Of a stretch of DNA of 64,000 nucleotides, positions 30,223 to 39,623 are shown in pieces. Both the position numbers and the translations under genes were made by a program. Location of the stretch: assembly GCA_963702425.1 (NCBI GenBank), contig CAVPCQ010000015.1:95382-159381 (forward strand). The letters are read 5' to 3'. Within the stretch, counting starts at the first letter, position 1, and the number at the start of each line of letters is the position of its first letter. Source of the DNA: an uncultured Acidobacteriota bacterium. Lineage in GTDB: Bacteria > Acidobacteriota > Polarisedimenticolia > J045. The notes beneath the pieces were generated by a model that was given only the letters and a program-made list of their open reading frames with translations, was not told where the DNA came from and searched no databases.

Positions 30223-32343
30223 ATGCATCGTGTCCGCCCGGGCGTGCGCCTTGTCGCGCGCGCCGCCGGTCTGTCCCTGACCGCGACGTTCCTGCTCTTC
30301 GCGGCGCTCGCGGCGGCACGTGCCGCCGTGACGCCCACGCCGCTCACCGCGCTGGACGTCGCGCTGACCCGCAGCGTCAGCGAGGTCGAGCTCAGCCCCG
30401 ACGGCGCGCTCGTCGCGTACACGCTGAGCGTCCCGCGCAAGCCGGCCGTCGACGACAGCGGCCCCGCGTGGGCCGAGCTGTGGGTGGTCGAGATCAACGG
30501 GCAGAACGCGCGCGCGTTCGTCACCGGGAAGGTCAACGTCTCGGCGCCGCGCTTCAGTCCTGACGGCAGCCTCATCACCTACCTCGCCAAGCGCGGCGAC
30601 GACAAGCAACGGCAGGTGTGGGCGATCCCCCTCGCCGGTGGTGAATCGTTCAAGCTGACCGCGGCGAAGAGTGATGTCGAAGCGTACGACTGGCGGCCGG
30701 ACGGGAAGCTCCTCGGGTACGTGGCGGCTGATCCTCCGTCCAAGGCGGCGGAGACGCTGCGCGAGAAGGGGTTCAAGCAGGAGGTCTACGAGGAGGACTG
30801 GCAGCCGCGCCGGATCGCCCTCCAGCCGCTGGCGCTGGCGGACGGCGGCGGCCCGACCGGACCGTCCGGCGACGCGCGGACTCTCGACAAGCTGCCGGGC
30901 CAGCCGTGGGGGCTCGCTTTCGCGCCCGACGGCAAGCGCCTGCTGACCGACCTCTCGCCCCGCCCATTGGTGGACGACCAGTACATGTTTCGCGTGCTGC
31001 ACGTGATCGACGCGGAGAGCGGGGCCGTGCTGGGCAAGGTCGACCACCAGGGGAAGCTCGGACAGTTCGACTTCAGCGCCGACGGCAGCGCGCTCCTCTT
31101 CGTCGCCGCCGCCGACATCAACGACCACCAGGCCGGGCGGCTGATGGCGGCGCCGGCCGCCGGAGGCGCGCCACGTGACCTGCTGCCGACGCTCGAAGGA
31201 CACGTCGAGTCGTTTCGGACGCCGGCAGGCGGCGAGGTGGTCTATCTCGCCGGGGTCGGCGTCGGCTCGCGCCTCGGCCGCGTCCGGCCCGACGGGAGCG
31301 GGGCGACGATCCTCTCGGAGACGACCGATCCAGTCTGGGAGTCGCTCGCGCTCGATCGCAGCGGAACGCTGGCCGCGCTCGCCGGCGAGTCGCCGTCGTT
31401 CCCGCGTGAGGCATTCGCGCTCCCGCTCGCGCCGGGCGGCAAGCCGCTGCGGCTGACCGACAGCAACCCATGGCTGAAGCAGCGCCGACTGGCGAAGCAG
31501 GAGGTCATCCGCTACCCGGCGAAGGACGGGCTGATGATCGAGGGGATCCTGATCCGGCCGCTCGACGCGAAGCCGGGGACGAAGGTCCCGCTCGTCGTGA
31601 TCGTCCACGGCGGACCCGAGTCGCACTACAAGAACGGCTGGGTCACGCGCTACGCGGAGCCGGGCCAGTTGCTCGCGGCCGAGGGGTACGCCGCGTTCTA
31701 TCCGAACTACCGCGGCAGCACCGGCCGCGGGCTTGCGTTCGCCAAGTCCGCATACGGCGACCCGGTCGGCAAGGAGTTCGACGACGTGCTCGACGGGGTC
31801 GACTACCTCGTGGCCCAGGGAGTGGCCGATCCGGCGAAGGTCGGCATCACCGGCGGCTCCTACGGCGGCTACTTCACCGCCTGGGGCGCGACGAAGCACA
31901 GCGATCGCTTCGCGGCCGGGGTGATGTTCGTCGGGATCTCGGACACGCTGTTCAAGGCCCGCACGACCGACATCCCGCGCGAGGACGAGCTGGTCCACAT
32001 GGGGACGACGCCGGCTGCGACGCCGCGGCTCTACGGCGAGCGCAGCCCGATCACCTACGTCGGCAACGCCAAGACGCCGCTCCTGATCCTGCACGGCAAG
32101 GACGACCCGCGCGTCGACCCCTCGCAGTCGCGGATGCTCTACCGGGCGCTCAAGGAGAAGGGGGAGGTCCCGGTGCGGCTGGTCTGGTACCCCGGTGAGG
32201 GGCACGGCAACCGCAACGCTCCAGCCCGCTACGACGTCACGCTGCGGCTGATGCAGTGGTTCGACTGGTACATCAAGCAGGGGAAGAAGGACCTGCCGCC
32301 ATTCGTGCTCGACTACCCGGTCGATCTGCCGAAAGCCCCGTAG
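30223..32343 (+). CDS. S9 family prolyl oligopeptidase / acylaminoacyl peptidase
   Basis: Signal peptide, beta-propeller SPDG repeats, HGGP, NYRGS.G.G, GGSYGG, D.RV, EGHG. Confidence 0.93.
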   Translation: MHRVRPGVRLVARAAGLSLTATFLLFAALAAARAAVTPTPLTALDVALTRSVSEVELSPDGALVAYTLSVPRKPAVDDSGPAWAELWVVEINGQNARAFVTGKVNVSAPRFSPDGSLITYLAKRGDDKQRQVWAIPLAGGESFKLTAAKSDVEAYDWRPDGKLLGYVAADPPSKAAETLREKGFKQEVYEEDWQPRRIALQPLALADGGGPTGPSGDARTLDKLPGQPWGLAFAPDGKRLLTDLSPRPLVDDQYMFRVLHVIDAESGAVLGKVDHQGKLGQFDFSADGSALLFVAAADINDHQAGRLMAAPAAGGAPRDLLPTLEGHVESFRTPAGGEVVYLAGVGVGSRLGRVRPDGSGATILSETTDPVWESLALDRSGTLAALAGESPSFPREAFALPLAPGGKPLRLTDSNPWLKQRRLAKQEVIRYPAKDGLMIEGILIRPLDAKPGTKVPLVVIVHGGPESHYKNGWVTRYAEPGQLLAAEGYAAFYPNYRGSTGRGLAFAKSAYGDPVGKEFDDVLDGVDYLVAQGVADPAKVGITGGSYGGYFTAWGATKHSDRFAAGVMFVGISDTLFKARTTDIPREDELVHMGTTPAATPRLYGERSPITYVGNAKTPLLILHGKDDPRVDPSQSRMLYRALKEKGEVPVRLVWYPGEGHGNRNAPARYDVTLRLMQWFDWYIKQGKKDLPPFVLDYPVDLPKAP

Positions 32344-32354
32344 GGGTTTCGAAG

Positions 32355-34124
32355 TTGAGCGAAGCGCGTTGGGAGCGTCGCGACGTCCTGCGGGCCGCGG
32401 CGCTCGCAGGCGTCGGGTCCGCCGTCTTCACGCGCGCGCTCTCCGCGCTGGCCGCGGGCGCCGAGGCGGGTGCCAACGGCGCGCCGGCCGCCGTCACGCC
32501 GGCGATGGTCGCGCAGGCGGAGTGGATTGCCGGCATCTCGCTCACCGCTGAGCAGCGCGAACTGATGCTCAAGGACCTGGCGCAGCTGCGGAAGGACGCC
32601 GCGACGCTGCGAGCGGTCCCGCTCGACAACGGCGTCGCCCCGGCGCTGATCTTCGCGCCCGACCCGAACGCGCCGCCAGCCGCCCCGTCGGCGCCGAACC
32701 GCGCCCCCGGACTGCTCGACGACGCGCCCGCCGGCCGCCCGGGCACCGCGGTCGACCTCGCCTTCCTCCCCGCCACGCGCCTCGCCGCGCTGCTGCGGGC
32801 CGGCACCGTCTCGTCGCTCGAGCTGGCGCAGCTCTGCCTCGCTCGGATCGAGCGCTACGACCCGCAGCTGCTCGCGCTCGTGACGCCCACGCCGGAGCTC
32901 GCGCTCGAGCAGGCGAAGCGCGCCGACAGGGAGCGCGCCGCCGGCCGCGCGCGCGGGCCGCTGCACGGCATCCCGTACGTGGCCAAGGACCTCCTCGCCT
33001 GCCCGGGCTACCCGACGACGTGGGGCGCCGGTCCGTTCCGTAACCAGCGGCGCCCGGAGAAGGCGACCGCGATCGCGCGCCTCGAGCAGGCGGGCGGCGT
33101 GCTGCTCGGCAAGACCGCCGTCGGCGAGTTGGCCTGGGGCGACGTCTGGTACGGCGGAACGACGAAGAACCCGTGGAAGCTCAGCGAGGGCTCGTCCGGC
33201 TCGTCGGCCGGCAGCGCGGCGGCTGTTGCGGCCGGCCTCGCCACCTACGGCCTGGGAACCGAGACCTGGGGCAGCATCGTCTCGCCCTGCACGCGCTGTG
33301 GCGCGACCGGGCTGCGCCCGACCTTCGGGCGCGTCAGCCGTCACGGCGCGATGGCGCTCTCGTGGAGCATGGACAAGGTCGGCGCGATCGCGCGCTCGGT
33401 GGAGGACTGCGCGCTGGTGCTGGCCGCGATCCAGGGGGCCGACGGGCTCGATCCGTCCGCCGTCGACCGTCCGTTCGCCTGGCCCCCGCGGCGCGACCCG
33501 CGCACGATCCGGGTCGGCGTCGTGCGGGAGCTCTTCGACGCGGACTACGCGGCCGGAGCCGAGAACGACGCGGAGCGTCCGGGCCTCGCTGAGTGGCAGG
33601 CGCTCGATCACCAGGCGCTCGCGACGCTCGCCCAGCTCGGACTCGATCTCGTCACGGTGAAGCCGCCCGACACGCCCCCCGTCGGGCCCCTTGCGCTGAT
33701 CTTGACCGCCGAGGCCTCGGCCGCCTTCGACGAGTTCACGCTCTCGGGCGGTGTCGACGGGCTGACGCGGCAGGTGCGCGACGCCTGGCCCAACACCTTC
33801 CGCCAGGGACGCTTCATTCCGGCCGTCGACTACATCCGGGCCAACCGCGTGCGGACGCTGGCGATGGCGGCGATGGAGCGGCTGATGAAGGAGGTCGAGG
33901 TGCTCGTCGTCCCGACTTTCGGCGGCGACCTGCTGCTGCTGACGAACCTGACCGGGCACCCGGCAGTCGTTCTGCCCGACGGGTTCCGCAAGTCGGACGG
34001 AACGCCCACCAGCCTGACCTTCATCGGCCGGCTCTACGGCGAGACGGAGCTGCTCGCGGTCGCGCACGCTTACCAGCAGGCGACCGCGTTCCAGCTCGAG
34101 CGGCCACCCGGCTTCGCCCCCTGA
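32355..34124 (+). CDS. Amidase-signature enzyme with Tat-like signal
   Basis: ERRDVL Tat-like motif; GPLHGIP..AKD, GSSGSSAGS, GTETWGSI; TTG start is tentative. Confidence 0.88.
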   Translation: MSEARWERRDVLRAAALAGVGSAVFTRALSALAAGAEAGANGAPAAVTPAMVAQAEWIAGISLTAEQRELMLKDLAQLRKDAATLRAVPLDNGVAPALIFAPDPNAPPAAPSAPNRAPGLLDDAPAGRPGTAVDLAFLPATRLAALLRAGTVSSLELAQLCLARIERYDPQLLALVTPTPELALEQAKRADRERAAGRARGPLHGIPYVAKDLLACPGYPTTWGAGPFRNQRRPEKATAIARLEQAGGVLLGKTAVGELAWGDVWYGGTTKNPWKLSEGSSGSSAGSAAAVAAGLATYGLGTETWGSIVSPCTRCGATGLRPTFGRVSRHGAMALSWSMDKVGAIARSVEDCALVLAAIQGADGLDPSAVDRPFAWPPRRDPRTIRVGVVRELFDADYAAGAENDAERPGLAEWQALDHQALATLAQLGLDLVTVKPPDTPPVGPLALILTAEASAAFDEFTLSGGVDGLTRQVRDAWPNTFRQGRFIPAVDYIRANRVRTLAMAAMERLMKEVEVLVVPTFGGDLLLLTNLTGHPAVVLPDGFRKSDGTPTSLTFIGRLYGETELLAVAHAYQQATAFQLERPPGFAP

Positions 34125-34152
34125 CGGGGGCTACGCCGGGGCAGGCCCGGCT

Positions 34153-35118
34153 TCATCGTGCGACGAGGCGGCGCGCGGCGCGGGCCGCGCCGCGCAGCGC
34201 CAGCACCCTGTCGGTCACCAGGCGGACCGGGATCTCCTCGAGCATCTTCTGGTGCTTCCCCTTGGCGCGGAAGGCCTCCACGAACGAGCCGCTCCGCATC
34301 CGCTCGACGTTCTTCGCCGCGACGCCCCCCGCGATCCAGATCCCTCCCAGCGCCAGGGCGGTCAGCGCGAGGTTGCCGGCCTGGGCGCCGTAGATGCGCA
34401 CGAAGCGGTCCATCGCCGCCTCCGCCGCAGGGTCGGTGGAGGCGTCCGCCGCGCGGGAGATCGCGGCCGCGCGGTCGTCGCCTTCCGCCCACGGCGGCGT
34501 CAGCACGCCCAGACGCTCGGCGTAGAAGGCGTACAGCCCGGCGATCCCCCGCCCCGAGACGATCGTCTCGTACGACGCGCGCCCGTCGCGCTGACTGAGG
34601 AAGCGCCAGAGGTCGACCTCCTCCTCGTCGCGCGGCCCGAAGTCGACGTGTCCCCCCTCCGACGGCGACGGGATCCAGTCGCGCCCATCCCAGGCCAGGA
34701 TCGCCTGGCCCAGGCCGGTGCCGGCGGCGATCACCGCGCGCGCGCCTTCCTTGACGACCCCCTCCTGCAGCACGACCGACCCTTCGGGCGGCAGCACGAG
34801 CGTCCCGTGGGCCGCCGCCTCGAGGTCGTTGAGCAGTGCGACCGGGGCACCGATCGACTCCTGCAGTGCGTGGCCGTCGACGACCCACGGGATGTTCGTG
34901 GTGCGGACGACGTTGTTCTGCACCGGCCCCGGCAGGCCGAACCCTGCGGCTCTCGGCGTTCCCGGGTGCTCGGCCACGAAGCGGCGCAGCAGCGGCCCCA
35001 GGCCCGGCGCAGCGTCGGAGGGGTAGATCGCGACGGCGTCGATGGCGAACCCGCCCCCCACCTCGCGGGCCCACGCCAGCCGCGCGTTGGTCGCTCCGAT
35101 GTCTCCCACCAGGTACAT
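34153..35118 (-). CDS. glk: Glucokinase
   Basis: GDIGATN, PGPV...TN.PW, LLNDLEA, AAGTGLG, SEGGHVDF, SG.G, GGVA.K; GGAGG RBS. Confidence 0.92.
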   Translation of the reverse strand: MYLVGDIGATNARLAWAREVGGGFAIDAVAIYPSDAAPGLGPLLRRFVAEHPGTPRAAGFGLPGPVQNNVVRTTNIPWVVDGHALQESIGAPVALLNDLEAAAHGTLVLPPEGSVVLQEGVVKEGARAVIAAGTGLGQAILAWDGRDWIPSPSEGGHVDFGPRDEEEVDLWRFLSQRDGRASYETIVSGRGIAGLYAFYAERLGVLTPPWAEGDDRAAAISRAADASTDPAAEAAMDRFVRIYGAQAGNLALTALALGGIWIAGGVAAKNVERMRSGSFVEAFRAKGKHQKMLEEIPVRLVTDRVLALRGAARAARRLVAR

Positions 35119-35239
35119 GGCTCCTCCGGCCGGCCAGTCTCCCACGGCTCGGCCGGGACTGGCGCCCCCGCCCGCCGGGCCCCATCTTGGGTCGTGGCGC
35201 CCGGCAACGGGCTCCGCGTTCCGCAAGAGCGCAAGAAAA

Positions 35240-35269
35240 CGCCCCGCCGCGAGAAAACGCGGCGGGGCG
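35240..35269 (-). terminator. Terminator-like hairpin in the glk/zupT intergenic region
   Basis: 12-bp stem CGCCCCGCCGCG / CGCGGCGGGGCG followed on the minus strand by TTTTCTT. Confidence 0.45.
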
Positions 35270-35318
35270 CGCTCTTCGGAGCGCTCGACCCCGCGAGGCC
35301 CGTGCTCCACCACCGGCG

Positions 35319-35348
35319 TTGACGCCGTCCCCGCCCGCACGCTCTAAT
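35319..35348 (+). promoter_or_regulatory. Putative sigma70 promoter of zupT
   Basis: TTGACG-N18-TCTAAT, 13 nt before the ATG. Confidence 0.45.
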
Positions 35349-35361
35349 CCGGTCTCTCCCG

Positions 35362-36204
35362 ATGAATGCCACCCCCGACGCCGTCCTGTTTGCTTTCGGG
35401 CTGACGCTGTTTGCCGGCCTGGCGACCGGCGTCGGCAGCGCGATCGCCTTCTTCGCCCGCCGCACGAACTACCGCCTCCTCGCCGTCTCACTCGCTTTTT
35501 CGGCCGGCGTGATGCTCTACGTTTCGTTCCTCGAGATCATGCCCAAGGCGCAAGCAGCGCTCGCCCAGACGCATTCGGAGCGGACGGCGGGCTGGCTGGC
35601 GGCGCTCTCCTTCTTCGGCGGGATGGCGCTGATCGGCCTGATCGACTGGTTCGTGCCCGGGGCCGAGAACCCGCACGAGGTGCGCGCCGTCTCCGAGGTC
35701 GAGCAGATGCGCCACGAGATCGCCGAGCACCACGGCCACTCGGGGCAGACCGGAAAGCTGCTGCGGATGGGGATCCTCGCGGCGGTCGCGATCGCGATCC
35801 ACAACTTCCCGGAGGGGCTGGCGACCTTCATCGCCGCGCTCGACAACCCACGGGTCGGGATCGCGATCGCGATCGCGATCGCGCTGCACAACATCCCGGA
35901 AGGGGTCAGCGTCTCGGTCCCGATCTTCTACGCCACCGACAGCCGCGCCAAGGCCTTCGGCTGGTCGGTCCTCTCCGGCCTGGCCGAGCCGCTGGGCGCG
36001 GCGATCGGCTACCTGCTGCTGCGGACCTTCCTCAGTCCCGACGTGATGGGGTTCGCGTTCGGGGCGGTGGCCGGGATCATGGTCTTCATCTCGATCGACG
36101 AGCTGCTCCCGACCGCGCGCGAGTACGGCAGGGGGCACGAGACGATCTACGGCGTGATCGCCGGGATGGGGGTCATGGCGCTCTCGCTGCTGCTATTGAA
36201 ATAG
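35362..36204 (+). CDS. zupT: ZIP family zinc transporter
   Basis: [42 protein letters not shown]. Confidence 0.93.
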   Translation: MNATPDAVLFAFGLTLFAGLATGVGSAIAFFARRTNYRLLAVSLAFSAGVMLYVSFLEIMPKAQAALAQTHSERTAGWLAALSFFGGMALIGLIDWFVPGAENPHEVRAVSEVEQMRHEIAEHHGHSGQTGKLLRMGILAAVAIAIHNFPEGLATFIAALDNPRVGIAIAIAIALHNIPEGVSVSVPIFYATDSRAKAFGWSVLSGLAEPLGAAIGYLLLRTFLSPDVMGFAFGAVAGIMVFISIDELLPTAREYGRGHETIYGVIAGMGVMALSLLLLK

Positions 36205-36330
36205 CGGCTGTCCTCTCCGGAGGGCGACCGGCTCCTCCGGCGAGGACGCCCGGCCGTCCCCGGCGGCCGTTCCGCTTTCGGAAGCGCCCGTCCGGCGCCG
36301 CGAGGCACGGCACGCACCGACACCGGGCGG

Positions 36331-36348
36331 CTGGCCTGGTTTTCGCAA
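36331..36348 (+). promoter_or_regulatory. Putative sigma54 (-24/-12) promoter
   Basis: cTGGCctggttttcGCAa has exact GG-N10-GC spacing, followed by AGGAGG and ATG 36372. Confidence 0.45.
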
Positions 36349-36371
36349 TGCAGCGGCGCAGGAGGTGTTCG

Positions 36372-36848
36372 ATGACCTGCGCCCGGTTGACCTGGTCCCA
36401 CGTTCGCATCGTCGCCGGGGTCGCGGCCCTGGCTCTGCTCGTTCCGGCCGGCACGGCGCTGGCCCACGGTCACGGCCGTCACCCCCATCACGGAGGCTGC
36501 GGCAGTCGCGGTCCCTGCGGACCTCGCGGCCTCGTCCACCCCGTGGTCGCCCCGCGCGCGTTCGCCGTGCCGGCCGGGTTCATCGTTCCGCCGCGGCTGA
36601 CGCCCTCACTCGTCTACGCCTCGCGATCGTACCTGGCCGGCGACTTCTACTACGGCCCGCACCGTCACCGGCACGTCGTCTACAGCTTCCCGGTCGCGAT
36701 CGGCGGCGCCGTGGCCTATCGCCCGCACGTCTACTGCGGCGGGGCGCTGGTGCGCGACGGGTGGATGCCCGACGACGACGGCTGGCTGCGCGTCGGGCTG
36801 AACCTGCCGGGGCTGTCGATCGCGGCGAACGTGCCGCTGCCCCGCTGA
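36372..36848 (+). CDS. His-rich secreted hypothetical protein
   Basis: AGGAGG RBS, signal peptide ending ALA, HGHGRHPHH and GPHRHRH motifs. Confidence 0.7.
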   Translation: MTCARLTWSHVRIVAGVAALALLVPAGTALAHGHGRHPHHGGCGSRGPCGPRGLVHPVVAPRAFAVPAGFIVPPRLTPSLVYASRSYLAGDFYYGPHRHRHVVYSFPVAIGGAVAYRPHVYCGGALVRDGWMPDDDGWLRVGLNLPGLSIAANVPLPR

Positions 36849-36864
36849 CTCCGTCGAGCCGGCG

Positions 36865-37554
36865 TCAGCCCAGCCGCCGCGTCCCGGCGGCGAGTTCCTC
36901 GAGGGCCGCGCGGTCGGGCAGCAGGTAGCCGCGCGGCCCGGCGCTCTCGAGCAGCCCCTCGCGCGCGAGGCGGGCGAGGATGCGCGAGAGCGTTTCCGGC
37001 ATCGTGCCGAGCAGGTTCGCGAGCTGGCCTTTGGCCAGGTCCAGCTCCACGCGGCCGCCGCCTCCCTGCCGCTCGTCGAGCAGCAGCAGGTAGGCCGCCA
37101 GGCGCCCGGGCACCTCGCGCAGCGCGAGCGACTCGACCATCTGCGCGAAGCGGCGCAGGCGCCCGGCCAGCTCGCCGAGCAGTTCGAGCGCGAACTCGGG
37201 GCTCTGGCGGATCAGCTCGAGCAGCCCGGCGCGCGGGATGTACGCGGTGCGGCAGTCCTCGAGCGCTTCGGCGTGCGCCGGAAAGGGCCGGCCCTCGAGA
37301 GCCGCCACTTCCCCGAACGGTTCGCCGGGGCCCCAGACGTGCAGGATCTGCTCCTTACCCTCCGGCGACAGCTTGAAGACCTTGACCCGCCCCTCGACCA
37401 CGACGTGGAATCCGGCGCCCGGCTCCCCTTCCGCGAAGATCGCCGTCCCGCGCGCGAAGCGCCGCGGGGTCGCGATCCCCGCGACGAGCGCGAGCGTCCG
37501 CGGCTCCAGCCCCTCGAAGAGCGCGATCTGCGCCAGGTCTTCCGGGCGAACCAT
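36865..37554 (-). CDS. Crp/Fnr family transcriptional regulator
   Basis: cNMP-like domain (G.VKVFK.S.EGKEQIL, FGE), HTH ETLSR; no FNR Cys cluster. Confidence 0.9.
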   Translation of the reverse strand: MVRPEDLAQIALFEGLEPRTLALVAGIATPRRFARGTAIFAEGEPGAGFHVVVEGRVKVFKLSPEGKEQILHVWGPGEPFGEVAALEGRPFPAHAEALEDCRTAYIPRAGLLELIRQSPEFALELLGELAGRLRRFAQMVESLALREVPGRLAAYLLLLDERQGGGGRVELDLAKGQLANLLGTMPETLSRILARLAREGLLESAGPRGYLLPDRAALEELAAGTRRLG

Positions 37555-37571
37555 CGCGGCGCCGCGGACCG

Positions 37572-38015
37572 TCAGTCCTTCCGGTCGAGCGCCCGCTCGC
37601 CGCCCCAGCGGGCGACGATCTCGTCATCGTAGCGATCAGCCGAGAAGATCACGCCCAGCACCGACGCGCGCAGGTCCTCCTTGTCGCATGTCGGCCCGTT
37701 GATGCTGTGGTCGATCACGATCTCGCCGTCCTCGTCGACGCCGAAGGCGCCCCAGAGCGCCTCGGCGTTCCGGGCGAGCATCCAGCGCATCAGCTCGGCG
37801 TCGAGCCGTGCCCCGCTGACGACGAAGGCCCGTGTCGTGACCATCGCCCCTTCGTCGGTCCATGGCAGCACGTGGACGTGCGCCACGGCCGAGCCGGCGG
37901 CGACCGCGAAGGCCGGTGCGTCCTTGCGAAAGACCGCCAGCTCGCCGAACAGATCCTCGATGAAGAGGCGCACCCGGTCGTAGACCACCCGCTGTGTCTC
38001 GTTCGCGAACGTCAC
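37572..38015 (-). CDS. YbjN / T3SS-chaperone-like protein
   Basis: GSA...V.V.PW, LM.W.L..N....GAFG.D.DG.I...H.I, AD.YDDEI..RWGG. Confidence 0.7.
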   Translation of the reverse strand: MTFANETQRVVYDRVRLFIEDLFGELAVFRKDAPAFAVAAGSAVAHVHVLPWTDEGAMVTTRAFVVSGARLDAELMRWMLARNAEALWGAFGVDEDGEIVIDHSINGPTCDKEDLRASVLGVIFSADRYDDEIVARWGGERALDRKD

Positions 38016-38035
38016 GGGATCTCCTCCCCGGGCCG

Positions 38036-38797
38036 TCAGGGCGTCCGGGCCGGGTCGGCCGGTACGGCCGGCATCGGCGGTGCCGCTGGCGCGGAGGCGA
38101 TGATGTCGAGCAGCTCGAGCTCGAAGGTCAGCGTCGCGCCCGGCTTGATGAGGGGCGGCGCGCCGCGGTCGCCGAACGCGAGGTTCGGCGGGCAGACCAG
38201 CCGGGCCTTGCCGCCGACCTTCATCAGCTGAACCCCCTCGACCCAGCACGCGACCATGCCGTCCAGCGGGTACTCGGCCGGCGTCCCGCGGTCGACCGAG
38301 CTGTCGAAGACGGCGCCGTCGGTCGTCGTGCCGTGGTAGTGGATCTTGATCTTGTCGGTCGACTTGGGCGACGCACCGGTGCCTGCCTTTTCCTCGATGT
38401 AGACGAGACCGCTGGCGGTCTTCTTCGCGCCGGGCTGCTGCGCGGCCTTCTCGAGGTAGGCCGAGCCCTGCTGCTTCTCGCGCTCGATGACGACCTGCTG
38501 CCGCGCCTGCGCCAGCTCCATGATCTTCGGGCCGTAGACCTGGAGGTCGACCTGCGGCGGCCGGCCGAGGATCGAGTCGGAGACGCCCTTCTGCAGCAGC
38601 TCGAGTTCCTGCGGAGACAGCGAGAAGTCGCCGAGCCGCTGGCCCATCGCGAGGCCGAGCGCGTAGACGACCTTCTGGTCCTCGGTCATGCCGCCGGCGG
38701 CGGGAGCGGCGGGCGGGGCGACCTTCGGGGCGTCCTGGGCGGACGCGGTCAGGATGGCCGCGAGGGCGGCCGCGAGAGCGACGATCGGGAGGCGCAT
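38036..38797 (-). CDS. FKBP-type peptidyl-prolyl isomerase (FkpA/Mip-like)
   Basis: Signal peptide, YALG..G, T.SGL.Y, HY.G...DG.VFDSS, W.EG.QLM..G, I.P.ATL.FE.EL. Confidence 0.92.
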   Translation of the reverse strand: MRLPIVALAAALAAILTASAQDAPKVAPPAAPAAGGMTEDQKVVYALGLAMGQRLGDFSLSPQELELLQKGVSDSILGRPPQVDLQVYGPKIMELAQARQQVVIEREKQQGSAYLEKAAQQPGAKKTASGLVYIEEKAGTGASPKSTDKIKIHYHGTTTDGAVFDSSVDRGTPAEYPLDGMVACWVEGVQLMKVGGKARLVCPPNLAFGDRGAPPLIKPGATLTFELELLDIIASAPAAPPMPAVPADPARTP

Positions 38798-38928
38798 TGG
38801 GAGGTCCTTTCGGGCCGGCCGGACGGCCAGCGAAGGGGCCATTGGACGCCGAGACGGGCGGGAGGGCAAGGGCGCGCCCTGCGCCTCGGTCGTCAGCTCC
38901 CGGGGGCGTCGCCGGACTGCAATTCCGG

Positions 38929-39531
38929 CTACTCGCCGCTGGCGCACTCGATCGCGGCGACCGCGTTCTTCCGGTAGAGGATCGTGATGCCGTAGCCGCA
39001 CCCGTCGTGGGCGCAGTTCCAGCTCTCCCACAGCGCGGAGGCTGTCTTTCCCGGGGCCTTGACGACGTGGACGAGGTTGCCGTACGAGGCCCCCTCGGTC
39101 TCCCGGCTGCACTTGAGCGGCTCGAGCGCCACGCCGTCAGTCTCGAGCGATCGCGCCGCCGCGTCGAAGGGACCGCTCAGCTGGCTCCAGCCGACGGTCA
39201 CCTGCTGGATGCCCGCGTCGTTCCCGAGGACCTGGACCGTCGCGTCGACCTGCTCGGCGCCGACCGCCACGCGAGCCGTCCCCTCGCGACTCAGCGTGAG
39301 ACCCTGCGGCTGGAGATACGCCGCGGCCGCCACCGGCTTTGGGGACTGCCACTTCACCGGAAGGCTCGCCCCGGTGGTCCAGGGGAGGCCCTTCGTCCGC
39401 ACGTTCGCATCCGCCAGGAAAGCCGTGAGGAGCGCGCTCAGCTTGACCGGCTGCTGCGCCTCGGCGAATGCCGGGACCAGTGCGAGCACCCCGGCCACGA
39501 TCCACGGGAACCATCCGAGTTTCGACGACAT
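38929..39531 (-). CDS. Secreted hypothetical protein with four Cys
   Basis: GAGG RBS, signal peptide ending AEA, 200 aa; no family recognised. Confidence 0.7.
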   Translation of the reverse strand: MSSKLGWFPWIVAGVLALVPAFAEAQQPVKLSALLTAFLADANVRTKGLPWTTGASLPVKWQSPKPVAAAAYLQPQGLTLSREGTARVAVGAEQVDATVQVLGNDAGIQQVTVGWSQLSGPFDAAARSLETDGVALEPLKCSRETEGASYGNLVHVVKAPGKTASALWESWNCAHDGCGYGITILYRKNAVAAIECASGE

Positions 39532-39623
39532 GGCTTTTCCTCTCGAGGAGCCGCGCCCCTTGAAGACGCGGCTCCGGGTGCTTCGACGACGATCTCGCGA
39601 TGCTCTCGCGTCGCCCTCCCGTT

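Noticed and set aside
34153-35118. Glucokinase GDIGATN instead of GDIGGTN as a sign of inactivation
   Set aside because: A conservative change; all other motifs are intact
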